Shown here in pieces: positions 46,989 to 48,823 of a DNA stretch of 48,823 nt. Numbering within the stretch: the first letter of the stretch is position 1; every line of letters starts with the position of its first letter. Position numbers and translations under genes: made by a program. This DNA comes from an uncultured bacterium (GTDB taxonomy: Bacteria; Zixibacteria; MSB-5A5; JAABVY01; JAHJOQ01), in contig CBDUQR010000020.1 in NCBI GenBank assembly GCA_965369655.1, positions 1 to 48,823 of the forward strand. The letters are read 5' to 3'. Below the pieces are notes generated by a model. It was not told where the DNA came from and made no database searches. It worked only from the letters and a program-made list of their open reading frames with translations.

Positions 46989-47969
46989 GTGGCCAAGATA
47001 TTATCACAGGACGAGATTGATGCACTCCTGAACACCGTGTCAGCGGGTGAGGATATTGAAGAGCAACTCTCGGATAGCGAAGACTCGTTCCGATCGATCG
47101 TCGCATACGATTTCAAACATCCTAACCGGGTTTCAAAGGACCAGATTCGCAATCTCGAAAATATCCACGATAACTTCGCTGGACATCTCGGCTCATCGCT
47201 CTCGACAATTACAAGGGCGATGGTCGACATGCATCTGGTCTCAGTCGATCAGATTACTTACTCGGAGTTCCTGATGTCTCTTGCGAATCCGAGTTGTACC
47301 TTTACGGTGGATATTGATCCGCTTCAGGGTGCATGCATCGTCGACTTCAATCCGACACTATCCTTCCTGTTCATTGATCGAATGTTTGGAGGCGTCGGAA
47401 AGATACTCGAGACCGATCGGGAACTGACCGGTATTGAGAAAAGTGTGATGGTAAAGATAGCGAACAAAGTGTTCGAGGAACTCGGCTTAGCATGGGCTCA
47501 CATAGAATCTCTTGAGTTCAAGCAGGTCGGCTTCGAGACGAACCCGCAGTTCGTGCAGATCATACCCCCGGGCGAAACAGTGATTGTCATTTCATTTCAG
47601 ATGAAGATGCTTGGGTCATCAGGGCTTCTGACGATCTGCTATCCTTACGTAACCCTTGAATCGGTGATCGACAAACTGACTGCTCAGCAGTGGTCGGGGG
47701 CGAGCGACAGATCCGATCTGGATGACGAGCGAAATCAGATGGCGAACAACCTGCAGAAGGTCAACATGGAGATAACGGCAACTCTGGGTGAGACTTCACT
47801 CAAGATGCGCGAGTTTCTCAAACTGAAAGTCGACGATGTTGTGGCGATTAGTCGCAAGCCGGAGGAAGCGATGGAGCTTTCGGTCAACGGCAGAAGGAAA
47901 TTCCTCGCCAGACCCGGGCTTCGTGGAAAGCACCGAGGGTGTGAAATAGTCGGCACTTGCACAGAATAG
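46989..47969 (+). CDS. fliM: Flagellar motor switch protein
   Basis: ILSQDEIDALL, YDFKHPNRVSKDQ, ETNPQFVQI. Confidence 0.96.
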   Translation: MAKILSQDEIDALLNTVSAGEDIEEQLSDSEDSFRSIVAYDFKHPNRVSKDQIRNLENIHDNFAGHLGSSLSTITRAMVDMHLVSVDQITYSEFLMSLANPSCTFTVDIDPLQGACIVDFNPTLSFLFIDRMFGGVGKILETDRELTGIEKSVMVKIANKVFEELGLAWAHIESLEFKQVGFETNPQFVQIIPPGETVIVISFQMKMLGSSGLLTICYPYVTLESVIDKLTAQQWSGASDRSDLDDERNQMANNLQKVNMEITATLGETSLKMREFLKLKVDDVVAISRKPEEAMELSVNGRRKFLARPGLRGKHRGCEIVGTCTE

Positions 47970-47978
47970 GAGACGGAC

Positions 47979-48665
47979 ATGGTTGACGAAGAACGTCCTC
48001 AGGATGAAGAGATAGTCTCAGAAGAAGAGGACGAACTCAAGGAAGAGACTCCATCCCCTGAAGCGTCGGCGGATGATCCAGGTGAGACGGGTGGTGCGCC
48101 CGACGCCGATTCACAACTCGACTCCTCAGATGGCGCTGCGGTAGGAAACGACGAGTCTCCGGGCGAGTCTGAACCGGATGACTCTTCGCCCGAAAAATCT
48201 CCTGATATGGCTGAGGATGAAGCCGAGAAGCTGATGCTTGAAGAAATGGAGAAGATGGATGGAGTTGATGCGTCCGATGATTCGAGCTTCAGCGATCTGT
48301 CGAGTTCGCTCGGTTCCGACATCGGTGATGACGTCGCGGAGGCGATGCCTGTTGAATTCAAGCAGCTTGTCGGCAAAGGCAACGAAGGCGAACCGAATAA
48401 TTTGCAGCTTCTGCTCGATGTTGCTCTGCCCATCTCGATAGAGCTTGGCAGGACATCGATGAATATCCAGGATATTTTGAATCTTGGACCGGGATCGGTT
48501 GTCGAGTTAAACAAACTTGCGGGAGAACCTGTGGATTTGCTCGTGAACAAGAAAGTCGTTGCGAAAGGCGAGGTAGTCGTAATCGACGAGAATTTCGGTC
48601 TCCGTGTCACCAGCCTGATTTCGCCGGAGGACCGGCTCAAGAGTTTGGGTGAAAACGATGCGTAA
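47979..48665 (+). CDS. fliN: Flagellar motor switch protein FliN with long acidic N-terminal extension
   Basis: LLLDV.L.ISIELGRT, GSVVELNKLAGEPVD, GEVVVIDENFGLRVT. Confidence 0.93.
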   Translation: MVDEERPQDEEIVSEEEDELKEETPSPEASADDPGETGGAPDADSQLDSSDGAAVGNDESPGESEPDDSSPEKSPDMAEDEAEKLMLEEMEKMDGVDASDDSSFSDLSSSLGSDIGDDVAEAMPVEFKQLVGKGNEGEPNNLQLLLDVALPISIELGRTSMNIQDILNLGPGSVVELNKLAGEPVDLLVNKKVVAKGEVVVIDENFGLRVTSLISPEDRLKSLGENDA

Positions 48666-48823
48666 TCTGATCGTAACAGTTGTGTGCACTCTCCTGTCGG
48701 CAGTGTCGTCCGTTCTTGGACAGGATCAGAGTGAACCGATCTCAGTACCGCAAATCTCCGAGGAATTGTGGCCGTCTATGGTCAAGATGATCGTGGCAGT
48801 TGCAGCGATTGTCATCTTGATTT
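48658..48823 (+). CDS. fliO: Probable FliO/FliZ flagellar biosynthesis protein, truncated by the window end
   Basis: Own translation: MRNLIVTVVCTLLSAVSSVLGQ...SMVKMIVAVAAIVILI (signal + TM), overlapping the fliN stop; assignment rests on synteny. Confidence 0.55.
   Translation, partial: MRNLIVTVVCTLLSAVSSVLGQDQSEPISVPQISEELWPSMVKMIVAVAAIVILI

Overview
Bacterial chromosomal window, mostly moderate-to-high GC with several more AT-rich accessory genes. The dockerin, cohesin and T9SS/FlgD-type C-terminal domains suggest an FCB-group organism, possibly Zixibacteria-like (inference). From left to right: a frameshifted FG-GAP secreted protein, a cohesin-domain protein, an O-methyltransferase, a TM+HEPN-like orphan, ETF-QO, an SDR and an M20 peptidase. 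Next comes a ferritin-rubrerythrin-ZIP cassette bracketed by a diverged partial duplicate of the M20 gene, then a beta-helix/dockerin protein, rtcA, a MATE pseudogene and a stand-alone ACT protein. The middle holds an SBP5-like/histidine kinase/sigma54 regulator/CPBP protease/GAF-PP2C operon, a heme-motif lipoprotein, a divergent AbfD/HpaB-family enzyme, ogt, an M29 aminopeptidase, an NDT-like orphan and a GNAT. The right end has HNH-trpS-scpA-scpB-rluB-cmk-plsC-rpsA and a sigma54-preceded flagellar operon (fliK-flgD-TIGR02530-flgE-flbD-fliL-fliM-fliN-fliO'). No tRNA, rRNA, CRISPR array or transposase was seen. Best leads: (1) a recombination scar that captured the iron/oxidative-stress cassette; (2) a 24-bp mini-module inserted after CCCG inside unrelated REP-like palindromes; (3) an AbfD-like enzyme with a rewired active site; (4) an orphan binding-protein signalling operon; (5) a hairpin between a possibly RNase-like flagellar gene and flgE. 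All family assignments are from motif recognition; no database searches were run.
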